Origin: Haliotis rufescens
Lineage: Eukaryota
DNA: 64,000 nt
Assembly: GCF_023055435.1 (NCBI RefSeq)
Contig: NW_025963780.1
Location: forward strand, 10,788,001 to 10,852,000
Direction of reading: 5' to 3'
The translations under genes were made by a program, and so were the position numbers. The number at the start of each line of letters is the position of its first letter. Within the stretch, counting starts at the first letter, position 1. This document shows positions 12,690-25,997 of this stretch, piece by piece. A model generated the notes under the pieces. That model was not told where the DNA came from, did no database searches, and saw only the letters and a program-made list of their open reading frames with translations.

Positions 12690-15600
12690 ATGGTCATATT
12701 TTACATGTTGGGGGTGATGTTCCTTCACTCTGAGAGAGTACAAGCTGCTATTGTTTCCGAGAAGCTCTGTCTGAATTCTGCATACAGACTGGTCAACTCT
12801 GTCACAACAGACAACTTCTCGGGCATCCAGTCTGTGACAACATCGTCCCGTGCTGAATGTCTTGCTCGGTGTGTCGGCGTCAAGCCCTGCACCGGCGTAG
12901 TCTACTGCCCCGACGACGACGTCTGTTACCTGATGGCAACGACAGCTGAACCAGGCAGCGTCCCCCGCGTCACGTGTCAACTGTTTGTGGAGGATGATGC
13001 TAGGATGCAGGTGAGATAATTACCCTTTTCATAACCACAGCTCCTGATAACACAGAGTTTTGATACTGGCAGGTTTCCGGTCCATTGTTTGTCATTCTTG
13101 TCGCCATATTAAACATTCTTGGAACACAAACCCGAAGTAACCGAGTTAGAATAGTTCCTTACACTCTGTTGTCTGAGTGGCGACTCAGTGGATATGGTGT
13201 CAGGCTTGGTGACTTGGTTGATCAATCCCTGGATTGTCTCGCCCAGACCCGGTCATTTATTATTCCAACATGGAGGAGGTTTTAAAGAGTCTTTTCTTAA
13301 TTTGACAGCGGTTAGTTGGAATTGGCAGTTGATTTCATCCACAAGTTGCAGTGATATATGACAGAAAGAGACAAATGTGCTCTTTAGAATGAATGATGTT
13401 TTAAGGAGAGAAAAGCGTAACTGACTGAGGAAGACTGACATTAATTATATGTAAACGTACATAAAGTCCTATCACTATATAATATGAAATCTAAGTAGGC
13501 TCACTATGCTGTAAGTTAAACACAACACGGTGTTGAACCATCCTCACGCACTGGCCTGGGGGCAAGTGTAGAATGTAAACGTTCATAACAATCAGTACAA
13601 TTTTACAGAATTGTATAGACGCACATTCCGAATACAACGGTAACAGCTGCAGTACTCAGAAGGTAAAGATCCGGGTTAGAATAGGTTTTCATTAACCTAT
13701 TCTTGTCGTAAGAGGCGACTAACGGGATCGGGAGGTCAGGCTCGAGGACTGAGTTGATGCATGTCGTCGTATCCCAATTGCGTTTGTGACTGGATCACCA
13801 ATCAGTGACTGGATTGTCTGGTCCAGACCCGATTATTTACAGACCGCCGTCATTTAGCTGGAATATTGCTGAGTGCGGAGTTAAACAACAAACAAACAAA
13901 CAAACAGAAGGTAAAAGGGAATATTTTGGACCATCTTAACTGGGCATCATCTCATGCAGGGAACGACTGATGTTCTGACTTCGGAAGCCATCACATCATC
14001 CACAACGGAAGCCATGACATCCTCTACAACGGAAGTCATGACATCCTCCACAATGGAAGCCATCACATCGTCCACGACAGAAGCCATCACATCCTCCACA
14101 ACGGAAGCCATGACATCCTCCACAACGGAAGTAATGATATCGTCCACAACAGAAGACAGCACATCCTCCTCAACGGAAGCCAGCACATCCTCCACAATGG
14201 AAGCCAGCACATCCTCAACAACGGAAGCCATCACATCATCCACAACGAAAGCCATCACATCGTCCACAACGGAAGCCAGCACATCGTCCACATCGGAAGC
14301 TAGCACATCATCCACAACGGAAGCCATCACATCATCCACAACGGAAGTCATGACATCCTCCACAACGGAAGCCAGCACATCGTCCACTACGGAAGCCAGC
14401 ACATCGTCCACAACGGAAGCCAACACATCCTCGACAACGGAAGCCATGACATCCTCCACAACAGAAGCCATGACATCGGCCACAACGGAAGCTATCACGT
14501 CATCCACAAAAGTCGCCATGACACTCTCCACAACGGAAGCCATCACATCGTCCGCAAGGGAAGCCAGCACATCGTCCACAACGGAAGCCAGCACATCGTC
14601 CACATCGAAAGCTAGCACATCATCCACAACGGAAGCCATCACATCCTCCACAACGGAAGTCATGACATCCTCCACAACGGAAGCCATCACATCGTCCACT
14701 ACGGAAGCCAGCACATCGTCCACAACGGAAACCAACACATCCTCCACAGCGGAAGCCATGACATACTCCACAACAGAAGCCATCCCATCCTCCACAACAG
14801 AAGCCATCACATCCTCCACAACGGAAGCCATCACATCATCCACAACGAAAGCCATCACATCGTCCACAACGGAAGCCAGCACATCGTCCACATCGGAAGC
14901 TAGCACATCATCCACAACGGAAGCCATCACATCATCCACAACGGAAGTCATGACATCCTCCACAACAGAAGCCATGACATCGGCCACAACGGAAGCTATC
15001 ACGTCATCCACAACAGTCGCCATGACACTCTCCACAACAGAAGCCATCACATCGTCCGCAAGGGAAGCCAGCACATCGTCCACAACGGAAGCCATCACAT
15101 CATCCACAACAGTCGCCAGGACACCCTCTACAACGGAAGTCATGAAATCCTTCACAACGGAAGCCATCACATCCTCCACAACGGAAGCTAGAACATCCTC
15201 CACAACGGAAGCCATCACATCCTCCACAACAGAAGCCAGGACACCCTCCACAACGGAAGTCATCACATCCTCCACAATGGAAGTCATCACACCGTCCACA
15301 ACAGAAGCCATCACATCCTCCACAACGGAAGCCAGCACATCCTCCACAACGGAAGCCATGACATCCTTCACAAAAGAAGCCATCACATCCTCCACAACGG
15401 AAGCCAACACATCCTCCACAACGGAAGCCATCACATCATCCACAACGGAAGTCATGATATCGTCCACAACGGAAGCCAGCACATCCTCCACAATGGAAGC
15501 CAGCACATCCTCAACAACGGAATCCATCACATCATCCACAACGGAATCCATCACATCGTCCACAACGGAAGCCAGCACATCGTCCACAACGGAAGCCAGC

Positions 15601-18600
15601 ACATCGTCCACAACGGAAGCCATCACATCATCCACAACAGTCGCCAGGACACCCTCCACAACGGAAGTCATGACATCCTTCACAACAGAAGCCATCACAT
15701 CCTCCACAACGGAAGCTAGAACATCCTCCACAACGGAAGCCATCACATCATCCACAACAGAAGCCAGGACACCCTCCACAACGGAAGTCATCACATCCTC
15801 CACAATGGAAGTCATCACACCGTCCAAAACAGAAGCCATCACATCCTCCACAACGGAAGCCAGCACATCCTCCACAACGGAAGCCATGACATCCTTCACA
15901 AAAGAAGCCATCACATCCTCCACAACGGAAGCCATTACATCCTCCACAACGAAAGCCATGACATCATCCACAACGGAAGTCATGATATCGTCCACAACGG
16001 AAGCCAGCACATCCTCCACAATGGAAGCCAGCACATCCTCAACAACGGAATCCATCACATCATCCACAACGGAATCCATCACATCGTCCACAACGGAAGC
16101 CAGCACATTGTCCACATCGGAAGCTAGCACATCGTCCACAACGGAAGTCATGACATCCTCCACAACGGAAGCCATGACATCCTCCACAACAGAAGCCATG
16201 ACATCGACCACAACGGAAGCTATCACGTCATCCACAACAGTCGCCATGACACTCTCCACAACGGAAGCCATCACATCGTCCGCAAGGGAAGCCATCATAT
16301 CGTCCACAACGGAAGCCATCACATCCTCCAAAACGGGAGCCATCACATCATCCACAACGGAAGCCAGCACATACTCAACAACGGAAGCCAGCACATCGTC
16401 CACAACGGAAGCCATCACATCATCCACAATAGTCGCCATGACACCCTCCACAACGGAAGTCATGACATCGTCCACAATGGAAGCCATCACATCCTCCACA
16501 ACGGAAGCCATCACATCCTCCACAACGGAAGCCATGACATCCTCCACAAAAGAAGCCATCAAATCATCCACAACGGAAGCCATCACATCATCCACAACGG
16601 AAGTCATGATATCGTCCACAACAGAAGACAGCACATCCTACACAACGGAAGCCAGCACATCCTCCACAATGGAAGCCAGCACATCCTCGACAACGGAATC
16701 CATCACATCATCCACAACGGAATCCATCACATCGTCCACAACGGAAGCCAGCACATCGTCAACATCGGAAGCTAGCACATCGTCCACAACGGAAGCCAGC
16801 ACATCCTCCACAACGGAAGTCATGACATCCTCCACAACGGAAGCCATGACATCCTCCACAACAGAAGCCATGACATCGACCACAACGGAAGCTATCACGT
16901 CATCCACAACAGTCGCCATGACACTCTCCACAACGGAAGCCATCACATCGTCCACAACAGTCGCCATGACACCCTCCACAACGGAAGCCATGACATCCTC
17001 CACAAAAGAAGCCATCAAATCATCCACAACGGAAGCCATCACATCATCCACAACAGAAGACATCACATCCTACACAACGGAAGCCAGCACATCCTCCACA
17101 ATGGAAGCCAGCACATCCTCGACAACGGAATCCATCACATCATCCACAACGGAAGCCATCACATCGTCCACAACAGTCGCCATGACACCCTCCACAACGG
17201 AATCCATCACATCATCCACAACGGAAGCCATCACATCCTCCACAACAGTCGCCATGACATCCTCCACAACGCAAGCCATCACATCATCCACAACAGTCGC
17301 CATGACACCCTCCACAACGGAATCCATCACATCATCCACAACGGAAGCCATCACATCCTCCACAACAGTCGCCATGACATCCTCCACAACGCAAGCCATC
17401 ACATCATCCACAACAGTCGCCATGACACCCTCCACAACGGAAGCCATCACATCATCCACAACGGAAGTCATGACATCCTCCACAATTGAAGCCAGCACAT
17501 CCTCAACAACGGAAGCCATCACATCCTCCACAACGGAAGCCATCACATCATCCACAACGGAAGCCATTACATCATCACTTATGCAAACATCGACAACGAC
17601 TAAAGCAGCTATGATAGTTTGTGAAAATGGCGGAACGTCAGACGGCGCAACCTGTAGTTGTGTCTCCTCCACTACCGGAACACGCTGTGAAACTCGGATT
17701 GAAGGTAATGAGTCTTATCAATATACAAGAACACCATGGTTTAAAACGTCGCCCGGGATCGATTCCCAACATGATTCTAAAGTAAACCACATTCTTGCTG
17801 TCCCCACAGTCATATTGCAGGAGTATTGCTAAAATAGTACAAACCCTCACTCACTCCATTTAATGTGTGTATTTCACACAGCCTGACCGTAAATATTCAT
17901 ACTTCTATAAAACAGGCATCCATTTTTTTTAAATTGTATGATTTGCCACCTGTCTCAAAACACAACACTACCCATCCTGCTATGTTGTTATATTGTCACG
18001 TGATTTGGGTTTCAGACTGTCAGGACATTGGTCAGTACATATCAACAACCCCCGGCACGTACTCAGTCTGGCCGGACACCTCCGAGGCGCCGTTTGACAT
18101 AGAGTGCTCGGATTTTGATACCTTTACTACCATGATGATGTTCAGGGACAAAACCATCAGTGGCTGCGAGGCGACACCCGTGACGTACCTCGACGTGCCC
18201 TGGGCCGACTACAAGTCTGGGTTCAACAACTCCGACTGCTACATGTGGCTTGGCCTAGAGAAGATACACGCTCTGACCAGTGTCCGATCTTATGACCTTT
18301 ACGTGTCCTTGAAGAAATTTGATACCACTCCCGGTCAAGTGTCTTACAGCGCCTTCTCTGTCGGTGACGAGGCCTCGGAGTATCAACTGTCGGTCTCAGG
18401 GTTCACTGGGGATGGCGTTTTTGGAGACCGCTTCAACCTCGGGGACCCAGCTAGAACCCTGGATGGGAGTCACTTCTGTGCCAAGGACCACTGCAACAAT
18501 TCAGTCTACCCGTGTGCCGAGTGGCATAGAGGAGCCTGGTGGAGCATGCTGGATGACTGTCAGACGAATCCTCACCACAGATATGAAATTGCCTGGGTTC

Positions 18601-18662
18601 TTGCTGATAACGTTAGCACTGAAGATTGCAAAAGTATCTACATGGTCATAGTGCCCGTCTAA
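12690..18662 (+). CDS. Secreted PAN/Apple - mucin stalk - EGF - fibrinogen-related domain (FReD) protein, ~1570 aa; exons 12690-13010, 13960-17704, 18016-18662
   Basis: Signal-peptide-like [19 protein letters not shown]; PAN-like CLARC..C..CYL; ~1200 aa of TTEAITSS repeats; [27 protein letters not shown]; FReD motifs [42 protein letters not shown] junctions in matching phases (0, then G|AC = Asp). Confidence 0.9.
13668..13904 (+). mobile_element. SINE-like family A, same insertion as 1316-1544 (predates the gene duplication)
   Basis: Same position in intron 1 and same TSD cagaaggtaaa (13657-13667 / 13905-13915). Confidence 0.85.
13981..17577 (+). repeat. Coding 24-bp tandem repeat (~150 units, mucin domain of copy 2)
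   Basis: Unit ~acaacggaagccatcacatcctcc, open reading frame throughout. Confidence 0.95.
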
Positions 18663-18791
18663 CTCACTGTTCTCTTCCAACGACGGCATAGTGTCGATGT
18701 ACATGGTTTCCCTGCTTCATGCTTTCCTAGTCACTGCAACACTCTCTATGTCACGAGTATTACTGTATGTTTGAGCATGCTATGACGCCTA

Positions 18792-18977
18792 TGACCAGTG
18801 TCCGACCTTATATGCTTTACGTGTCCTTGAAGAGATCTGATTCCGTGAAAGGAAAAGTGTCTCTCAGCGCCTTCTCTGTCGGCGACGAGGCCTCGGAGTA
18901 TCAGCTGTCGGTGTCAGGGTTCACTGGGGATGGCGTTGTGGGCGATGGTTTCAAAACTCTGAATGGAAGCAAGTTCC
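18792..18977 (+). pseudogene. Orphan fragment of a paralogous fibrinogen-related domain, downstream of the stop
   Basis: TSVRPYMLYVSLKRSD...[31 protein letters not shown] aligns to 18274-18476 with synonymous changes and an in-frame indel. Confidence 0.85.
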
Positions 18978-20855
18978 AAACTCCCCGTTGATTCTCTTTG
19001 TAAATATGTTTATAAAATTTTAGCATTGGCGATCATTCTGATTCCATTAATGTGAAGTTCATATTTCAGTGGATGTATTTTTCACTGGGAATGTCAAATC
19101 AATCTATTATTATCCAAACTTGCGTGTTAATAAGCTCACACTCAACTGGAAATGTACACCAGAAACCTGCACATGAAAGAGGATGAAATCACTTTGTCAA
19201 GTTGTTATGAAGCAATAATAGACTCAAATATGAACCTTCATCTTAAATTCAGAATTTTCAAGAACCCTTTCACTGTGAAGCGCCAAGGCTGAACTCGTTT
19301 GGGATGAAGATCGAGTTGATAGCTCTGGTAGCTCCGTCAGCGCTTTGCGTGAAAGTCAAAGAGAACAATGTGAAGAAATAACACAAAATATTCAACACTT
19401 TATTGAACAAGACGTGATATTAAGCCTATAACAAACATAGAAAATCATCTACGCAAAGATCAACCCCGAGATCCATCATTGGGTAATAGTACACCCAGTG
19501 GATTCAGAAAGAAAGACAAAACCCTCTTAAAATACGTAAAGGATGAAGAAGACTTATACAATGAGGGGGAAGAGTGAAGTGTTAACAATTAAGTGTATCG
19601 CGGTCATATTTCTTCTAAGGCAGAAACATAAATTACACATAATTTAAGATAGAGCAATACCTTATTTACTAGACAATTCAGTTGAAGACAGCTAGTTTGT
19701 TAGGCGTTTCCTGGTTCTAGCAAATAACCTTGAACATATGTTAGTGTGTGTGTGTTTTCTTCTTTCTTTACCAGTTTATTAAACATCAGAGGTATCAGAG
19801 ACTCTAGAGAGAGACTCTGCGTCTCTCTTTACCTTTCAAGTTAATCGGTTCTTTACTGTTTAGTTTGATGCTACCAAATCATCATATATTGACGTTGTCA
19901 TCTTTAAGTTAGATCAAATCTCCATATTCTTCTGCTTTCAAATATATTTTACTAATTGTCAAGCATTTTGTGTTGGTGAAAGCATGGGTAGATATTAAGA
20001 TAGACAGACCTGTAAGGATTTCATATTTGTGGAACAAACAGGCTGTTTTGGCGATCGGATAGAAAACATTCGCAAAAAACGTCAGAAAGAACTATTTTGA
20101 AAGACCTATGCTTCAATCGAATAATCATGTCAGTCAATATTGTTCGCTTAAATAAAACAGTGAGTTAAATCAGTTGGTGCAGTCACTATACAGTCGCCTG
20201 AAGTATATCGGAAATCTATTTAATGAAGATGTAAGGGAATGCTGAGTATGCTGTGGAACAGTCTTACTTATACACGTGAATATCCCATGGACTTGACGTG
20301 GCCGTGTGCTCGGGTGTACACGTGGCCAGGTGTCTCAGATTGTAACGTTATGCTCTACCAGGTTAACAGCCATGGGAATGTTAATGTCATGGGATATAGG
20401 AATGCACAATCTATTTGTGAGTGTTAAACATGAATGCAAATGTTTGGAAAGTACGAGTGTTACTTCCAGGATGTGTCAGGGCAAACAATGGATGTTAAAT
20501 GAAGACAAACGGCGTTGTCATGTGTTCACAAGCATGCTCCCAATACCGAAGGAACATGATTCTAAAGTTTATCATGTTTAATACATATTGCATAAATCCA
20601 ATGGCAAAATAGAACTATTTGCTAAAGTAATTTCCTTTAATGTAGGTAGTGAATACAATAATTAATACAAAAGGAATTTACAAAGCTGATTTGATAAATA
20701 CAATTATATCATAAAGTATGAAATTAGAAATTCCCGTTTTACATAAATTTATAAAGGCGTTAAAGGCTTCGACGAAGTACCAAAGTTGGTTCCATATGTG
20801 GCCACCTGTTACGGAAAGGGGCGACTGATGACGAATGTGCGACTTTGGTGTTCAG

Positions 20856-23800
20856 CTAGTGCTGGCTGCGGCGCCGACGTCCACACAGCCACCCCGTGCA
20901 CGGCTCTTTCTTCTCCTTCACCGTCAGCTTCACGTTGAGGCACAGCATCTGTTCCCCCGTCGCTGTGTCCACGGCCGTCGCAGTAGCTTCGTAGTTGCCC
21001 TGCAGAGAAGAGGACAAGATGGACGACAAGCAAATTGACAGGACTACAAATTCGATTCAAGTCATTCAAATATACATTGTAAATGCAAGAGAATAAACAG
21101 CCAGTCTAGATTATCCACCGAAACAGATTCCATGTGGCGTAAAGGGCACAATAGCTGTGAAAGTTCTATGAATGGACCGCTGAATATCAGTGATGACACC
21201 AGGTGTTCGCGACAAGGGTAAGCGTGCCCTGCCTACCACTCACACAATTTGCACATACAAGTATTACTAAGTATCTATCGCCTGATGCTGCACAGGAGTA
21301 CTCCTGCCATGCGACGGCCGTCTGTCAAGAAACCAAACAGTCAAGTGATCGATGAAAATCCAGTGACATTTACTGACTTTGTTGTGACTAATAAAAAACA
21401 TTCAAACCCCACTTTTTTGCCGACTAACTCTTGTGTTGCTTGCCAATTTGACTATGTATATGAATCTAGACGTTCAAGGATGCCCTATCTACAAGGTCAG
21501 CTTCACACATGGCCGAGACATTATCTCGGCCGAGTCCCTCCACAAGGAAGAGGTGTGATTCCGCCGAGAGGGAAGGCCAGACTGGTTTGTTCGTTGTTTA
21601 ACACACAGAAGTGTTCCAGTTACATGGCGGTAGTCTGTAAGTAGTCGACGCTAGACCAGACACACCAGTGATGATATACTGAGCAATATGCACGCTGTCG
21701 GGTCACGATGACATGCAGTTAACCAGGTCACCAGGCCTGACCACCTAATCCTCTGAATCGCCTCGTACGACAATAGTGGGTTGCTGGGGATTATCTGCTG
21801 ACCTCGAGGATACCTTGGCAAACTACTGTAACCGTGTTTCATTGAAAAGGGACGTGATTCAGCGAGCCTGATTGATCTGTCCCTAGAAGACAAGTGCCAG
21901 ACACGGCTTTTTACAAGCAGTATGAAGAAGTCGTGAGGACCCTCAGAAATATAATGTCGCCATTTCTAGACAAGAGGTGACCAGCAACAGAACACTGATA
22001 CCTACCAACGTGAGTTCTGCTATGACCATCAAGTTACATCGTCAACTCGATATGTCGCTTCAGACGAAGTTGGTGTTAAAAGGTTTCAATGAAGTTCAAA
22101 TTGGCAATTGACCCCCTAATAAACCAGGGATCTGGGATTTTCACGAGATTACATATGTTTCAGCTACAGCTACAAAACCATTTTTTATTTAAAAACCATG
22201 AGGTAGATTTTTACATTTTGGTGGCAGGCAATTTCATTTTTTTCAACCGTCTGAAGATTTATGGGACAATATATTTGTTTCGATACTATCCCAGCCCCCT
22301 TCCCCTCCACCTCCTAACAGATGTCCTACATTCTTGGGGTCATTGTGGGGGTCTGTGTAAATCACCAACAGGGAAGGGTTTCAAAGATACTACTTGTGTT
22401 TGATGATAGAAAACAATCATCATATAAGGTCCAGAGTGTTCGGGACATCCCGATGGATCAGGGAGGCTTTCAAGATGCAAACACGTTGTGGAAGTCCCAA
22501 CGCGATACACAAGGGGGACGCAGATTCTCAACTCACTTCCGCGAACCAGGACAATATGGAGGGAACGGCCGGCATCTTCAGTACATAGTCCTGGAGGTCG
22601 ATGCTCTGGACTACAGCGGGACAATATGTCGTAATTCCCACAGACGCCAGCATCTGCTGGATCTGGAGCCCGATGTCGCCCATGATGCCGGCCCAATTCT
22701 CCTTCTGCATCGTCGCTAGGAGTGTGCATGTGTCGTCATAGGTGCTAGAAGGAAGAACACAGAAGGGGGATAGTCATGGGATTTCATCTTTCCTTTACAT
22801 TTAAATTTCCATTAAGAACAAAATGTCATTGAATTTTTGATAAATGTGATTTTAATTTCATGTAGAGTGAATATTAAAAAAGTATCAATTTTCACTCTAA
22901 AGCTCACCTGACTGAAAGTTTTTAACATATATTACGTGGCGGTCTTTCAATTCATTGCATGTCCAGGTTAGCTACAGTGTCGTGGCATTATTTTTTTACA
23001 TATTTAGATCTATGATTATGTCAAATGTTATATATTTATGTATAATTATATATTTGACTAACATTTGACATAATAATATATCAAATATCAATCTAAATAT
23101 GTAAAACATAATGCCATATATCTTTAATCGGCATACATGTTAGTCCTGCCCTACAGACTGACATGTTACTCTGTGTATCTTCAGGCTTCCGGTACAACAT
23201 ACGGTAAGTTTGATAGTAATGAAACTGCATAATGCTCAAAGTTTAAGCTTCATTCACTTACACAACCATACATGTACATGTATACATAAGGCTGTGTCAT
23301 GTCACTGGACTTGGTATCTTGGTATATGAACGTTTTATTTCACGATGTTGAGCAATGCATGAGATTATTACATATTATCATCTTTCTCCATTCCATCATA
23401 ATTTTACCCGTCCCATATCTTCGATTGACCATTGATGTTACTATCTTCATCTGATAATTAGTAACTTAACACAGACTTTCTCTCACACGAGTGTTATTTT
23501 ATTGGACAGTGTGTTCAAGAGTCATGCCATTCTAATTCTAATGGCTCAATGGGATTTAATCCAATAGAATGGAGATTTAACGCATTAAATAATCGAGGAT
23601 GATTACCTTACGACAGTTTGTTGTTAAACGCCACACTCAGCAATATTCCAGCTGTATGACGGTGGTCTATAAAAGATCGAATCTGGACCGGACAGTCCAG
23701 TGATTGACATCATGAGCATCGCTCTACGCAATTTGGATTCGATGACATGCAACAACCAAGTCAGTGAGTCTGACCACCCGATCCCGTTAGTCGCCTTTTA

Positions 23801-24894
23801 CGACAAGCAGTCACCTTTTACGGCAAGCATGGGTTTCTGAAGACCAATTCTAAATTCACGGATCACACTCTGACGTATGAACAGGATGCTAGATGTGGGC
23901 CGATGTTCCTCACCATGATCCGACGTGGAAGAGGCAGGGAATGGGGATGTTGAGGAGGAAAGTATCCCTCTTCACGTGCACCGACAACTTCATCTGGTTC
24001 AGCTGCTTCCTCGTCGACGACGCGTTGATGGTGAGGTGCAAGTCGCCGGGGACAACGACAGGCATTGGGGAGATGTCGATTTTGTGGATGGTGAGGCCGG
24101 AATCAGATCCTGGAGTCAAGAGTAGGGCGACACTTATCGTATTCATTGTAAGGAAGAGTGTTTGGAGGAGCATATCGGTGACCTGTACTTGCCCCTTGCT
24201 AATGGCAATGTATCGATACGGGATGACAAGTTAAAATATCAATAGTTAATGCCGCTATCGTTATATTTAGTTTCGGTAGACATGGTAAAGTCCATACATG
24301 GGTAGATTAACTAACTTGACCACTTTATAAATATACTTTGTTCTAAGATATGCCTATATCGAAGCAGAACAGGTTATAACTTTCTATCAATATCACTGTA
24401 TCATCCTCTATCTCTGTTGGAATTTGATAATATGGACCAATGAATACTGTCCTTCAAATATCGGCCAACCGTTGTGTAGAACTTTGACGGATGTCTCGAA
24501 GTAAAAACTTGGTCCCTGCGTATTCCTTCTTTATTCATTATTATTTAACCTCCGATGTGTCGAATCGGATGTGTCGAAATTTAGTTCCCAGTCCCAAACA
24601 TATACTTTCAGCACAAATTTACTCTGAAGATTTCAGAACCATTGTCACTAAATCTACAGATGGTACCTTTGTAGATAGGGCATTAACATCTCAAGATAAC
24701 ATGACCAGATAAGCCACGTTGCTCAAGTTCAACGTTTATTTCGCTGAGATCAAACATCAGCTAATTCCTTAACGCCTAAAATACTGTCATGGTAATTATG
24801 AAATACACATACCACAGTCAGACCATTCCAGCTTTGTGAGATCAGCTGCAGCACAGACCCCGAGCCATAACAACAAACACAGGAGACCCGCCAT
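20856..24894 (-). CDS. GM2A: Ganglioside GM2 activator-like (ML lipid-binding domain) protein, 209 aa; exons 24894-24813, 24109-23914, 22744-22537, 20999-20856
   Basis: Signal peptide MAGLLCLLLWLGVCAAA, then WSDCG, ISPMPVVVPG, IPCLFHVGSCTYDDTC, PSILSWFAEGNY, MLCL. All junctions GT/AG with consistent phases (1,2,0); total 630 nt. Confidence 0.9.
23616..23863 (-). mobile_element. SINE-like family A copy (further copies ~21585-21808 -, 26922-27055 +, 49772-49978 -, 51296-51513 -)
   Basis: Reverse complement of the 1316-1544 sequence. Confidence 0.8.
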
Positions 24895-25587
24895 TGCTGA
24901 TCGTAACATGTGCACTGCTTGTGTGGAACAGTTGTGTCAGACGAACATAATTATCTTATCTTTACAGCTGCTCTGGATACATTATGCTTCACCTCGCCAC
25001 TTAGTCTAGTACATAGGCCCGGAATAAGGATTAGAAGAATATAGCGAAGGTGAGAGATGGGTCATGACGCCCGACCTGTCGGTATAATCGTGACTGAGGA
25101 CATCTTAAGTAAGCCCCTGAGCTCTCGTTCCTTCGTGCAGCCCTCCCTCTAGGTTTCACGACGTCCCGTGCTATATTGTGTTGCAAGCATCCTTTCTGTA
25201 TTAAATATGAAGCGGGGATCATGCAGGGTGTCGTTGTACAAAGCGATCTTAGCGCAAATGTGATCTCCCATACCTTCACACACACTTACTACGACAGTCG
25301 TAGTGCTAAGGTTTTTTGCACAACGGCATATATTGATATATTTCTATCCAGTTTTTCAAGAAAATGTCTTCCCCGGGCAAGGCAGTAGTGTCCTTGTGGG
25401 ATCATGAACCATGTGTGTTACCATACATAAATAACAAATACATAATGTCCACTAACAATTTATTACTTGAATTTAAAATATGCCTTTAGTTTTACAACTT
25501 TCTTGTAAAGCAAATATGCATTCAGCGGCCTATCAATAATCGAGTCTGGACCAGCCCACCCAGTGATCGATATGATGAGCAACGACC

Positions 25588-25723
25588 CACGCAGTCGAGG
25601 TACGATGACACGCAGTCGAGGTACGATGACACGCAGTCGAGGTACGATGACACGCAGTCGAGGTACGATGACACGCAGTCGAGGTACGATGACACGCAGT
25701 CGAGGTACGATGACACGCAGTCG
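25588..25723. repeat. 21-bp minisatellite (cacgcagtcgaggtacgatga) x~6
   Basis: Direct inspection; continues directly from a family A fragment at ~25533-25587. Confidence 0.95.
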
Positions 25724-25997
25724 ACGGAAGGGGTCCGGGCCTGTTTGCACAAAGTATTTTTAGCACCACAGTTATTACATTCCTAAGTTCGCGATCGTAG
25801 GATTTAGCTACAACCGATATGCAAAGATCATTGAACGATACAATCGAAATTTACAATAATTACTTGTTCGGACCAATATTATAGAAGCTATAAAAGCGCA
25901 TCATTGACTTCACATCGGAAATGCGATCCAGGTAACTACCTCACTCTTAGACAGCTGAATTCATTTGAAGAGCGGCGTGAAGTGAAATACAACAATT

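Noticed and set aside
25463-25769. Overlapping short repetitive ORFs
   Set aside because: Products of the 21-bp SINE-derived repeat.
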